The notes beneath the pieces were generated by a model. The model was not told where the DNA came from. It made no database searches and worked only from the letters and a program-made list of their open reading frames with translations. This document shows positions 55,675-64,000 of a stretch of 64,000 nucleotides of DNA, in pieces. Source of the stretch: an uncultured virus (IMG/VR IMGVR_UViG_3300028173_000001). Its lineage: Duplodnaviria > Heunggongvirae > Uroviricota > Caudoviricetes. Each line of letters opens with the position of its first letter. Position 1 is the first letter of the stretch. The translations under genes were made by a program, and so were the position numbers. The stretch is taken from the IMG/VR virus record IMGVR_UViG_3300028173_000001. One strand, 5' to 3'.

Positions 55675-56846
55675 TGAAAAACGTTTTGATTCGTGCGCCA
55701 TTGTTGAGCCAGAGTGGATACGGAGTTCATTCCCGCCAGGTTTTCCAGTTTTGTGAAACCCAAAGCGATTGGAACCTGACAACTGAGGTGCTGCCATGGG
55801 GTATTACTGCATGGTGTGTCAATTCTGATTTTGAAAATGGAATTTACGGCAGGATCATGGAGAAGTCAAAACCTATGGAAGGGAAATTTGACATCACCAT
55901 CCAGATCCAATTGCCACATGAATGGAATCCCGATCTGGGCCATTTCAATGTTGGAATCACCGCCGGCGTAGAAACAGACAGATGTTCAGTCGAATGGGGA
56001 ACTGTTTGTCGAGAAAAGATGGACTTGGTGATTGTCCCAAGCGCTCATGCAAAAGCCGGGATGATAATGGTTTCGACAGGAAACGAAAAGACGCCAATCA
56101 AGGTTGTTCCGGAAGCATTCTTTCCTGAGCTTCTTCTTCCTCCAACGTCGGATCCACTCGAATCATTACCGACATCAAACAACTTTCTGATCGTTGGAAC
56201 TCTGATTTCAGATGACCCCGCGGCAGACAGGAAAAATCTTGTTGCATCGATTACGTGGTTCCTAGAGGCGTTCAGTGAGAAAGATGATGTCGGTTTGATT
56301 GTGAAAACAACGAAGGGCCGTGACACTACAATCGATCGAGAGTTGGTAAGAAAGCTCCTAGGTCAAATCAAGAAGTCAATAAACAAGAAATCATTTCCAA
56401 AGTTGTATATGCTTCATGGTTCCATGACCAGAGAAGAAATGACGAACCTGTATAAGAGCGAAAAGCTGACAGCGCTGATTTCAGCTACCCGTGGAGAAGG
56501 CTTTGGTCTTCCAATGGTTGAGGCCGCAGTTGCAGGTTTACCAATCGTAGCGACGGATTGGTCGGCATACACGGAATTCCTGTCAGGCGACAGTTTTCAA
56601 CGCGTGCATTATGATATGGTACGCATTCCACAATCTAGAATTGACAATCGAATTTTTGTTCCCGGTGCAAAATGGGCAGACGTCCGCGGTGGCAACTTCA
56701 AGAAAAAGCTTGTCAAGGTACTGAAAAACAAGGAGAGCCTGACGGTTTCGGCAAAGGAACTGTCATCTACACTCAAAAAGACCCATAGCATCGATGCGAT
56801 AATTGAAGCGTATATGCGATGTATATTACCGGTCACGGAGGCATAA
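55674..56846 (+). CDS. GT4 glycosyltransferase
   Basis: SGYGVHSR, DRKN, TRGEGFGLPMVEA. Confidence 0.9.
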   Translation: MKNVLIRAPLLSQSGYGVHSRQVFQFCETQSDWNLTTEVLPWGITAWCVNSDFENGIYGRIMEKSKPMEGKFDITIQIQLPHEWNPDLGHFNVGITAGVETDRCSVEWGTVCREKMDLVIVPSAHAKAGMIMVSTGNEKTPIKVVPEAFFPELLLPPTSDPLESLPTSNNFLIVGTLISDDPAADRKNLVASITWFLEAFSEKDDVGLIVKTTKGRDTTIDRELVRKLLGQIKKSINKKSFPKLYMLHGSMTREEMTNLYKSEKLTALISATRGEGFGLPMVEAAVAGLPIVATDWSAYTEFLSGDSFQRVHYDMVRIPQSRIDNRIFVPGAKWADVRGGNFKKKLVKVLKNKESLTVSAKELSSTLKKTHSIDAIIEAYMRCILPVTEA

Positions 56847-57143
56847 ATGTTTAGCATTTCGATAATCGTCATTTTGGCATTTTTATTGACAATGTCAGTG
56901 TACAAAAATGTACAACTTGGCACGACAATTCTGAAAATGGAAGATGCAATAGAAGAATGCTTGGATGTTATCGATACGAAGTATGAGATAATGACAGAGA
57001 TTTTGGAACGTCCATTATTTTTTGACAGCCCGGAGGTTCGCTCAGTCGTGAAAGGCATTGGTTCAGTTCGAACTGCATTACATTCAGTGGCATTGACACT
57101 GACAAGGGATGTTCCAGACGACATAGAGGATAATGAGGCATGA
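56847..57143 (+). CDS. membrane-anchored hypothetical protein
   Basis: N-terminal TM then helical region (PLFFDSPEVR). Confidence 0.7.
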   Translation: MFSISIIVILAFLLTMSVYKNVQLGTTILKMEDAIEECLDVIDTKYEIMTEILERPLFFDSPEVRSVVKGIGSVRTALHSVALTLTRDVPDDIEDNEA

Positions 57144-57886
57144 TAAAAAGAAAAAAACGTATCAAAAGAAAGCCCGGCCGCAAAAGTGTTTTATACTTTG
57201 ACAAAAATACCGAAGTTGCAATTCTTGCATTTTTAGGCGAGAGTGACACACGACAGAGGGAAATTATTTACGGCGACAAAATCAAGCCGGCGATAATGAA
57301 GTTGTCGGAGAGCTTGGTCTATGTATATGGGTTCAAGTCACCGCTGATGTCTGCTGCTGAACTGATTGAAGAATGCAGCTACTCACTGTATAACTCGTTA
57401 CATAAGTGGAATCCCGATCGAGGTTCGAAAGCATTCTCGTATTTCAATGTGGTTGCAAAAAACTTCCTAATCAACACGACGAATAGTCACAGAAAGAAGT
57501 ATTATAAACACGTGTATCTAAATGATACGTTGCACCTCTCCAGGGACACACAAAAGCAGATTTCCAATTTTGTTGAACTTCCTTCAACAGAGGAGCTCAT
57601 GCTTCTCCGGGAAAGGAAAGTCGAACAAGTTGCCAGGGTGAAGAAAATCAAGAAGAGTCTTCGCGATCCGCGTGACATAACAGTCATGACGGCAGTTGAA
57701 GGCTTGTTTGACCAGGTTGACGAGCTAGATTTTATAAACAAGCAATCGATTTATGTCTATTTAGTAGAGATATCTGGGTTTGAAAAGAAGCAAGTGACAA
57801 AGTCGATGAGCAAAATCAGAAAGATTTATGCCCAGGTGGTAGCAGAGGAACGAAGAGATGAAGCCAACGAATATAAAAAAGGTTGA
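57140..57886 (+). CDS. phage sigma-factor-like protein (late, gp55-like)
   Basis: KWNPDRGSKAFSYFNVVAKNFLI (sigma region 2 pattern); located before baseplate genes. Confidence 0.7.
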   Translation: MIKRKKRIKRKPGRKSVLYFDKNTEVAILAFLGESDTRQREIIYGDKIKPAIMKLSESLVYVYGFKSPLMSAAELIEECSYSLYNSLHKWNPDRGSKAFSYFNVVAKNFLINTTNSHRKKYYKHVYLNDTLHLSRDTQKQISNFVELPSTEELMLLRERKVEQVARVKKIKKSLRDPRDITVMTAVEGLFDQVDELDFINKQSIYVYLVEISGFEKKQVTKSMSKIRKIYAQVVAEERRDEANEYKKG

Positions 57887-58241
57887 CAAGCTGATGGCGG
57901 ATGACAAGTCCGCGCAGGTGAAGATTCGCTCGTTCGGGAAAATATTGAAAGAGATTGAAGGTGTCGAAGAGCAAAAATTATATCTTTGGACGGAAATCTA
58001 CAACAACGCAGCCAACGACCGAGCCACCGCATGCGCATTATTGGCGCAGTGCTTCGCCGCGCTCGGTCAAGGTGCCGCTGAGCATATGGCCCTCGGCGGA
58101 ACATTGGTAAAGTACCTCGAGCGAATGAGCAAATCGAATGACCAACTCCTGGCACTTGCACAAGTCGTCGCGAAAGAAATTGAAGCGCAGGCAACACTAG
58201 ATGCAGACGAATTATTTGCGGCGATTGAAGGAAAGCAATGA
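57858..58241 (+). CDS. hypothetical helical protein
   Basis: EIYNNA.NDR, KYLERMSKSNDQL; start may be 57891. Confidence 0.65.
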   Translation: MKPTNIKKVDKLMADDKSAQVKIRSFGKILKEIEGVEEQKLYLWTEIYNNAANDRATACALLAQCFAALGQGAAEHMALGGTLVKYLERMSKSNDQLLALAQVVAKEIEAQATLDADELFAAIEGKQ

Positions 58242-59842
58242 CATCATCAAAGGCGGTAATTCATGGTGGAGCTGCGGTCCGTTCGACTGACGACGTTGAT
58301 TCTGATCTAAGTTCGATCAGGACAACAAACATATTCGAGCGAGGCCTTGTAATAGACACAATTTGCGATGTGTCCCTTCGCCAAGAAGTACCCGAAACCC
58401 TTTCTGAGCCCCAGAGGATACTGTTCTCGTTGGCCCCAAGAAATTCGCTGATTTGTCGTATAATATCAACAAGTGAAGGCTTATCTGACACTGTCGATCT
58501 TGTCGTTTACCCGTTTTTTTCATCGCACATCGCGTTGCCGGCGAAGCCAGGCGAACAGGTCTGGCTTTTTCGACAAAAAATATTGAACGGCGCGCCCGAT
58601 GATAGAACGTATTGGGTAACTCGAATATCAGATTCATTACCACTTGAGGATGCAAATTTTACAGCATTCACTCGACCGCATCGTTTGACACAAACAGGCT
58701 CAGAAAAATTGGATCGGACATTACAGTTCCCCAATGGAGACGATGACAAAAAAATCATCGCTGGGGATGACACAGCCCTCCAGCAACTACTTATAAACTC
58801 TGCTGAGGGGAAGAACATTGTTCTAGAGGCAGTACCTAGGTTGACAAAGCGCCCAGCGGATACTGTTCTGCAAGGCTCAAACAACACGGCAATCATCCTA
58901 GGGACGGAAAGAGGCTGGGATGCAACCGACCGACCTGTTTCACCTGATGCTTCAAACGCAGCGTCAGAAACTGTCAAGTCGCCAGAAACAGGAGCAATTG
59001 ATATTGTTGTTGGTCGTGGCCGGTATTTCAAAGATAACGAGTCGGAAACAAAACGAAATCGAAAGGGTACAGCTTCGAAAGGTGTCAAGAACAGTACACA
59101 GCCATTTATTGCGAAAAATTCATTTGGTGCATTTGAAACCGACAAGGACCCAGCGCAGGTCCAAGATGTAGATGCACAAAGGAAAGTCGATGGCGAGGGT
59201 CCCGCAACCCCCGGCAACGCCAAAACAAACCCAGCCGAGGGCGATCCGGATTTTCTTGTTGACGCATCCAGGATATACGTTTCAACAAATTCGAAGATAG
59301 ACAAGAAATTAGGAAAGCTTGCCCCAAAACCGTTCGAAAACAAGTATGAACAGAGAGAAGGCCCGGCAATCGCAATAAAATCAGATCATATTAGGATTGT
59401 GGCAAGAAAATTGCCAACAAAGGATTCATCAGGAAACCTACCTGAGAAGTTTGATTCGGTGGCAGGTTCAATTCGAATCGTAAAAGAGGGGAATCCGGAT
59501 GATGATTTGGCAGGCATTATAATAGAGTCTGACGGAACTGTTCATATATCTGGTAAGGCAATCTATTTCGGTAGAAGTAAAGATGATGGAGGAGACGCCA
59601 CCGGCCCAGGACCTGGAGGTGCCCAGCCTTTCATAAAGTATAAGCAATTTGAGGATCTTTGGTTCGAAACAATGGATTCATTGGTGACATTTTGCGATAC
59701 AGTTTTGACGCATGTGACACCCGGGTACGGCGCACCGTCGCCGCAACTAAACCAGGCAGCAGCCGAACTAAAAACGAAAATATCGAGCAAGCTAAAACAA
59801 GACATTGCAACACTGAAATCTAAAAGAATGTTCGGAGAATAG
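58238..59842 (+). CDS. baseplate hub/central spike (gp5/gpV-like)
   Basis: LPAKPGEQVW OB-fold motif, LQGSNNTAIILG, IKSDHIRIVAR, C-terminal HVTP. Confidence 0.7.
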   Translation: MTSSKAVIHGGAAVRSTDDVDSDLSSIRTTNIFERGLVIDTICDVSLRQEVPETLSEPQRILFSLAPRNSLICRIISTSEGLSDTVDLVVYPFFSSHIALPAKPGEQVWLFRQKILNGAPDDRTYWVTRISDSLPLEDANFTAFTRPHRLTQTGSEKLDRTLQFPNGDDDKKIIAGDDTALQQLLINSAEGKNIVLEAVPRLTKRPADTVLQGSNNTAIILGTERGWDATDRPVSPDASNAASETVKSPETGAIDIVVGRGRYFKDNESETKRNRKGTASKGVKNSTQPFIAKNSFGAFETDKDPAQVQDVDAQRKVDGEGPATPGNAKTNPAEGDPDFLVDASRIYVSTNSKIDKKLGKLAPKPFENKYEQREGPAIAIKSDHIRIVARKLPTKDSSGNLPEKFDSVAGSIRIVKEGNPDDDLAGIIIESDGTVHISGKAIYFGRSKDDGGDATGPGPGGAQPFIKYKQFEDLWFETMDSLVTFCDTVLTHVTPGYGAPSPQLNQAAAELKTKISSKLKQDIATLKSKRMFGE

Positions 59843-59843
59843 T

Positions 59844-60104
59844 ATGCCTCTTTCATCAGCAGCCCCGGTACTTGACGTAGATATAAGGGAAACATATATT
59901 TCAACTAGGAACAGGATTTCAGGTGAACTATACACAGAGACGATAGAAAAACTTGCGACGGATCTTGGTGACGCAATTCACAAATACATGTCGCAAGCAA
60001 TTGTTTCTACAACCGATACAACCGACGCCGGACAAACGGACTTGCCGGCTGCTGGTACCACCACGGTAACTGGCAATGGAACAGGAACCGGAACACTTTC
60101 CTAG
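59844..60104 (+). CDS. small baseplate-associated protein (paralog 1)
   Basis: MPLSSAAP...GDAIHKYM...GTGTGTLS. Confidence 0.65.
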   Translation: MPLSSAAPVLDVDIRETYISTRNRISGELYTETIEKLATDLGDAIHKYMSQAIVSTTDTTDAGQTDLPAAGTTTVTGNGTGTGTLS

Positions 60105-60112
60105 GAGGGCAA

Positions 60113-60673
60113 ATGCCGTTATCATCAGCAGCACCGTTACTAATTCGCGACCTAAACACCGCTTTCACGAATGTGTATATGGCCGGCATAAAAGAAGGCG
60201 CGAATAGCGACGAAATAATCAAAAATCTATCGACTGAAATGGGTGATGCGATCCACAAGTATATGGTGGCTGCACATGTCACGACAACCGACATCATCAC
60301 ACCGGGACAATCTGCTGCAGGCCCGTTTGGGGCTGGGATATATTCGGCGCCAGGATCAGCAACGGGAACTGGAAGTATTTCATTCAAACCAACAGCTCTC
60401 ACCATTCTGAAAAATGACTTATTGAAGCTGTTCAAGGTGGCCCGTGACGCCGGCCTAGACAAACATGCAAGCTCTGATACGATTATTAGGATGATTGCGT
60501 CGGACATGAAAACGGCCATTCACAACTTTGCGGTAAAAGCTGACGTCCAAACGAACATTATACTCGCCGGCGGAGTTCCTGTCGTCGGGTATCTGACCAC
60601 GACACCACCCCCCATTCCCTTTCCATCTATTAGTGGTCCTGGAAAAGGCACAGGAACTGGGGCTTTACTATAG
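60113..60673 (+). CDS. small baseplate-associated protein (paralog 2, internally duplicated)
   Basis: MPLSSAAP...GDAIHKYM...GSATGTG then AIHNF...GKGTGTG. Confidence 0.65.
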   Translation: MPLSSAAPLLIRDLNTAFTNVYMAGIKEGANSDEIIKNLSTEMGDAIHKYMVAAHVTTTDIITPGQSAAGPFGAGIYSAPGSATGTGSISFKPTALTILKNDLLKLFKVARDAGLDKHASSDTIIRMIASDMKTAIHNFAVKADVQTNIILAGGVPVVGYLTTTPPPIPFPSISGPGKGTGTGALL

Positions 60674-60713
60674 TCGCTATTTTTTGCCGCATGCGTTTCA
60701 ACTTATGTTTTTT

Positions 60714-60722
60714 GATATTTAT
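60714..60722 (+). promoter_or_regulatory. candidate late-promoter motif GATATTTAT
   Basis: About 15 bp upstream of the gp25-like start codon. Confidence 0.5.
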
Positions 60723-60737
60723 GTATCGAGGTAGGTA

Positions 60738-61223
60738 ATGTCACAGGTTCGACGAACATACGATTTCAAATCGGTAGGCCAGCTCCAGGACACATACGAT
60801 AAAAGCGTAGAAGATCTGGAAGTAAAGATGCCAATTGGCATTCGCACACCTATATCATTCGCCTCAACGGGCAATTCAATGTTTGATATGTCATATGATA
60901 TTGCAAGTCAAATCAAGGACAATTTACGAAACCTGCTAGCAACAAACCATGGCGAACGTTTATCATTGAGCGACTTCGGCGCAAATCTATTACCACTCGC
61001 TTTTGAATTCACGGCCGAAAATACAGACGAAGAAGCTGCCCGCAGAATAATCAAGACAGTCAAAAAGTACATGCCGTTTGTGGAGCTAGATGTTTTTGAA
61101 CCAAGCGTTGAGAAATCGAACGATGAAAATGTAATCAGAAGCAAAATCAAGGTGATGTACAACGTCCCTGGTTTAGCACTAACGAACCAAGCAATCGAAG
61201 TAATAATCTTCGCGGCAGGATAA
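60738..61223 (+). CDS. baseplate wedge gp25-like
   Basis: IKDNLRNLLATNHGER..DFGANL..KYMPFV. Confidence 0.85.
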   Translation: MSQVRRTYDFKSVGQLQDTYDKSVEDLEVKMPIGIRTPISFASTGNSMFDMSYDIASQIKDNLRNLLATNHGERLSLSDFGANLLPLAFEFTAENTDEEAARRIIKTVKKYMPFVELDVFEPSVEKSNDENVIRSKIKVMYNVPGLALTNQAIEVIIFAAG

Positions 61224-61224
61224 A

Positions 61225-63069
61225 ATGGCATTTCAAATCAAGAAAAAACTAAAAAAAGAAGAAAATCGGTCGTACCTTGCAAGGGATTTTGAATCGATCA
61301 GAAACCAATTGCTGGAAACGGCGAGAATATACTTTCCCGACAAGATTCAGGATTTCTCTGAGGCTTCTGTTGGCGGCATGTTTCTTGATTTTGCTGCGAC
61401 GGTGGGCGACTCACTTAGCTTTTACCTTGACCATTCATTTCGTGAGTTAGATCCAACCAACGCGGTCGAACCTGAGAATATCATCACCCACCTCCGCAAC
61501 GCCGGTGTAGAGATACACGGAAAAGCACCGTCGGTCGTAGAGCTGAAATTCCAATTGACCGTGCCTTCTGAATCGATTAGCGGTGTTTATTTACCGACCA
61601 GATCAGCAATGCCTGTTATTTTGGCAGCGACCGGTATATCATCGTTTTCTGGCGTGACGTTTACGACAATTGATGATGTTGATTTTTCAGAACAAGATGC
61701 CAACGGCAATTTCCTGGCCGATTTTATCATTGCAACGACGAATGCTGACGGAAGCCCAGCGTCATTCTTCGTGACTCGCAGTGTTTACGCGGTAAGCGGG
61801 GAAGAGAAAACCCAAAATATTGTTGTTTCTCCAACATTCATCCCCTTCCGCGAAATCACCCTCGACGAAAAACACATTTCTGCAGTGTTGTCCGTTACGG
61901 ATGCAGAATTGAATGTGTATTATGAGGTCACATCGCTAAGTGAAGACACGGTCTTTTTGAAGGTAAAGAATCCGGACACAGACAACGCAATTGTGCCGAA
62001 TCATATGCAGGTCATCGCAGCCCCATACCGGTACATTCGAAGGTATGATCCTGTTACGCAATTGACAACATTACGGTTCGGTTCAGGAAATGCCTCGACG
62101 CTGGATGATGACATTGTGCCTGATCCGTCTGCATTGTCGTTGAGCCTGTTTGGAAAAGCAACTGTTGCGAAATTCAGTATTGACCCTCAGTCATTACTAC
62201 AAACACAAACCTTGGGTATTTCTCCGAAAGACACAACGCTGACTGTAAGATATCGTCACGGCGGTGGTCTTGGCCACAATGTCGCATCAGAACAAGTGCA
62301 ACAAATCGACGAATTGTCGCTATCGTTCAGGCGAAGCCCGTCAGCATCCAACAGTCTAACGGTTCGTCAATCGATACAGGTTATCAATCCAGAAAGTGCA
62401 TCGGGAGGTGCTCCGGCACCATCGCTAAACGAACTGAAGCAACTGATTCCGTCGGCACGGAAATCTCAGCGCCGCGTCGTATCGAGAGAGGATTTGCTGG
62501 CAAGAATTTACACAATGCCAAGCGAGTTCGGCAGGGTTTACCGGGCGTCTGTAACTGATAATCCTGTCAATCCTCTTTCGGCTCTGTTGTATGTAGTTTC
62601 GCTCGATGAAGAAGGATCGCTCTCTGTTTCACCCGATTCGTTGAAGAAAAATATCAAAACATATCTAAACGAATTGCGACTAATCGGTGATGCGATTGAT
62701 GTACTTGATGTCAAGGTCGTGAATTTTGGTGTCAAGTACAGTGTGTTTGTCTCACCAAACGCTAACAAAACGCAAGTAGTGCAAAACATAAACTCTCGAA
62801 TCGCGACGAATCTCAATCGCAAGTTTTTCAACGTAGATCAACCAATCGTCGTTGATGACATCACAAACGTCATCATCAATACTGACTTCGTGGTTTCGAT
62901 TGTGGATTTGCAGGTGTTTCCTAGGGTTGGTTGGGTTGAGGACAGAAGCTATAACACATCGACATTTGATTTCAAACAAAGCCAGACAATGGGTCTAATC
63001 CAGCCCGACCGTGGTTCTATTTTTGAGCTAAAGTACCCTGACTACGACATTATCGGAACAGCATTCTAA
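61225..63069 (+). CDS. baseplate wedge gp6-like
   Basis: YLARDFESIR, QDFSEASVGGMF, LSFYLD, LRFGSG, ASGGAPA, RVVSRED. Confidence 0.85.
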   Translation: MAFQIKKKLKKEENRSYLARDFESIRNQLLETARIYFPDKIQDFSEASVGGMFLDFAATVGDSLSFYLDHSFRELDPTNAVEPENIITHLRNAGVEIHGKAPSVVELKFQLTVPSESISGVYLPTRSAMPVILAATGISSFSGVTFTTIDDVDFSEQDANGNFLADFIIATTNADGSPASFFVTRSVYAVSGEEKTQNIVVSPTFIPFREITLDEKHISAVLSVTDAELNVYYEVTSLSEDTVFLKVKNPDTDNAIVPNHMQVIAAPYRYIRRYDPVTQLTTLRFGSGNASTLDDDIVPDPSALSLSLFGKATVAKFSIDPQSLLQTQTLGISPKDTTLTVRYRHGGGLGHNVASEQVQQIDELSLSFRRSPSASNSLTVRQSIQVINPESASGGAPAPSLNELKQLIPSARKSQRRVVSREDLLARIYTMPSEFGRVYRASVTDNPVNPLSALLYVVSLDEEGSLSVSPDSLKKNIKTYLNELRLIGDAIDVLDVKVVNFGVKYSVFVSPNANKTQVVQNINSRIATNLNRKFFNVDQPIVVDDITNVIINTDFVVSIVDLQVFPRVGWVEDRSYNTSTFDFKQSQTMGLIQPDRGSIFELKYPDYDIIGTAF

Positions 63070-63079
63070 GGTTGACACA

Positions 63080-64000
63080 ATGATTATAATTTGCACAGCA
63101 AGTGCCGACACATACATTACAGATAAAATTGTCAACGGCAATATTCGTGTGACCGATGCTAACGTCGGCCGAGCTTCGACATTGGATCTGTTTACACTTT
63201 ACAACGAAACGAAACTAGAAGGCACCGGAACCCAAACAGAGGTTTCCCGGGCACTGCTCAAGTTCGACCTATCACCGATTACTGAATTAACGTCGAGCAT
63301 TCTAAATCTGAATAGCGGTCGATTCTCGGCGACCCTAGAAATGAAGGACATCATGACAGGTCATGCTGTTCCTAGAAACTTTACATTGTCAGCATTTCCA
63401 TTGTCACAATCATTTGATGAAGGTGTTGGGATCGATACAGGAAGATTCAATGATGTAGACACAGCAAACTATGTCACCGCATCATACACAACTCAAAATA
63501 ACGTTTGGTTCACTAGTGGTGCTATGGCATCCGGCTTGTTGGGCTCGAATGACATCGACTACATTTCATCTGGAAATCTGTCCGATGGCAACGGCGTCGT
63601 TTCACTCGAGTATACACAAACATTTACGGAAGGAACTGAGGATCTTTCGATTGACGTAACAAAAATCGTCTCTGCGACTTTGGCAGGCATCATTCCGGAC
63701 AAAGGGCTACGCCTGTCCTTTACGGGTTCTGAGGAAAATGATTCTAAATCAAGGTTTGTCAAGCGATTTGCATCACGCCATGTGTCAAACCCACTCCTTC
63801 GTCCAAGATTGGTGGTAAGGTTCGACGATACGATTTATGACAATCATCAAAATTTCTATTTTGACACCTCAGGAACATTGTTTTTGCAGAATTACAACCA
63901 GTCATCTTTGTCTAATCTGGTGAGCGGTTCCGGGTTGACCGACGTTTCAGGTGCGAATTGCTTCGTACTAAAACTAGACTACGGCAGGTTCAATTTTTCA
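63080..64000 (+). CDS. 3'-truncated virion protein with DNRLRE-like domain
   Basis: Not in the ORF track (runs off the end); my translation gives MIIICTASADTYIT...SRALLKFDL...FDEGVG...RPRLVVRFDD. Confidence 0.7.
   Translation, partial: MIIICTASADTYITDKIVNGNIRVTDANVGRASTLDLFTLYNETKLEGTGTQTEVSRALLKFDLSPITELTSSILNLNSGRFSATLEMKDIMTGHAVPRNFTLSAFPLSQSFDEGVGIDTGRFNDVDTANYVTASYTTQNNVWFTSGAMASGLLGSNDIDYISSGNLSDGNGVVSLEYTQTFTEGTEDLSIDVTKIVSATLAGIIPDKGLRLSFTGSEENDSKSRFVKRFASRHVSNPLLRPRLVVRFDDTIYDNHQNFYFDTSGTLFLQNYNQSSLSNLVSGSGLTDVSGANCFVLKLDYGRFNFS

Noticed and set aside
1..64000. Stop-codon reassignment as seen in some large phages
   Set aside because: Long conserved genes are intact in the standard code, and TAA, TAG and TGA all end genes at sensible positions

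Overview
This window looks like part of a large (jumbo-type) myovirus genome with distant T4-like character. It uses the standard genetic code and is almost entirely + strand. Family calls come from motifs read by eye, with no database search. (1) 1-11.5 kb is an early/accessory region of small genes cut into modules by 11 copies of a repeat: CGTGTAA-N12-CGTGG-TATAAT-N6, followed by a +1 hairpin with covarying stems. One module appears to drive a structured ~330-nt RNA ending in a D-stem-less tRNA-like element, and the last drives a minimal RadA. (2) 11.5-15.8 kb holds proteins sharing a basic amphipathic leader ending in E, including a 2H phosphoesterase and a HAD phosphatase, plus a HExxH protein. 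Candidate late motifs (GATATTTA) lie here. (3) 15.8-27.2 kb encodes ClpP, a DinG-like helicase, a complete yeaH-spoVR-prkA trio, a degenerate chaperonin, an Hc1-like protein, a stand-alone sigma region-4 HTH and PIN-PhoH. (4) 27.2-30.4 kb has a fibre-like virion protein and an origin-like intergenic region. (5) 30.4-56.8 kb is a ~27-gene glycan/nucleotide-sugar cluster: many GTs, Gmd/ColD/Fcl, UGD, heptose-type enzymes and an AT-rich block with a B12 radical SAM and two TPP E1-like pairs. It is interrupted by a Cas4/RecB-like nuclease and an inverted gene resembling a major capsid protein fragment. (6) 57-64 kb encodes a phage sigma factor and baseplate genes. The most promising novel elements are the promoter-hairpin cassette array, the tRNA-like ncRNA, the capsid-fragment gene, the leader-tagged enzyme set and the phage-borne PrkA module.
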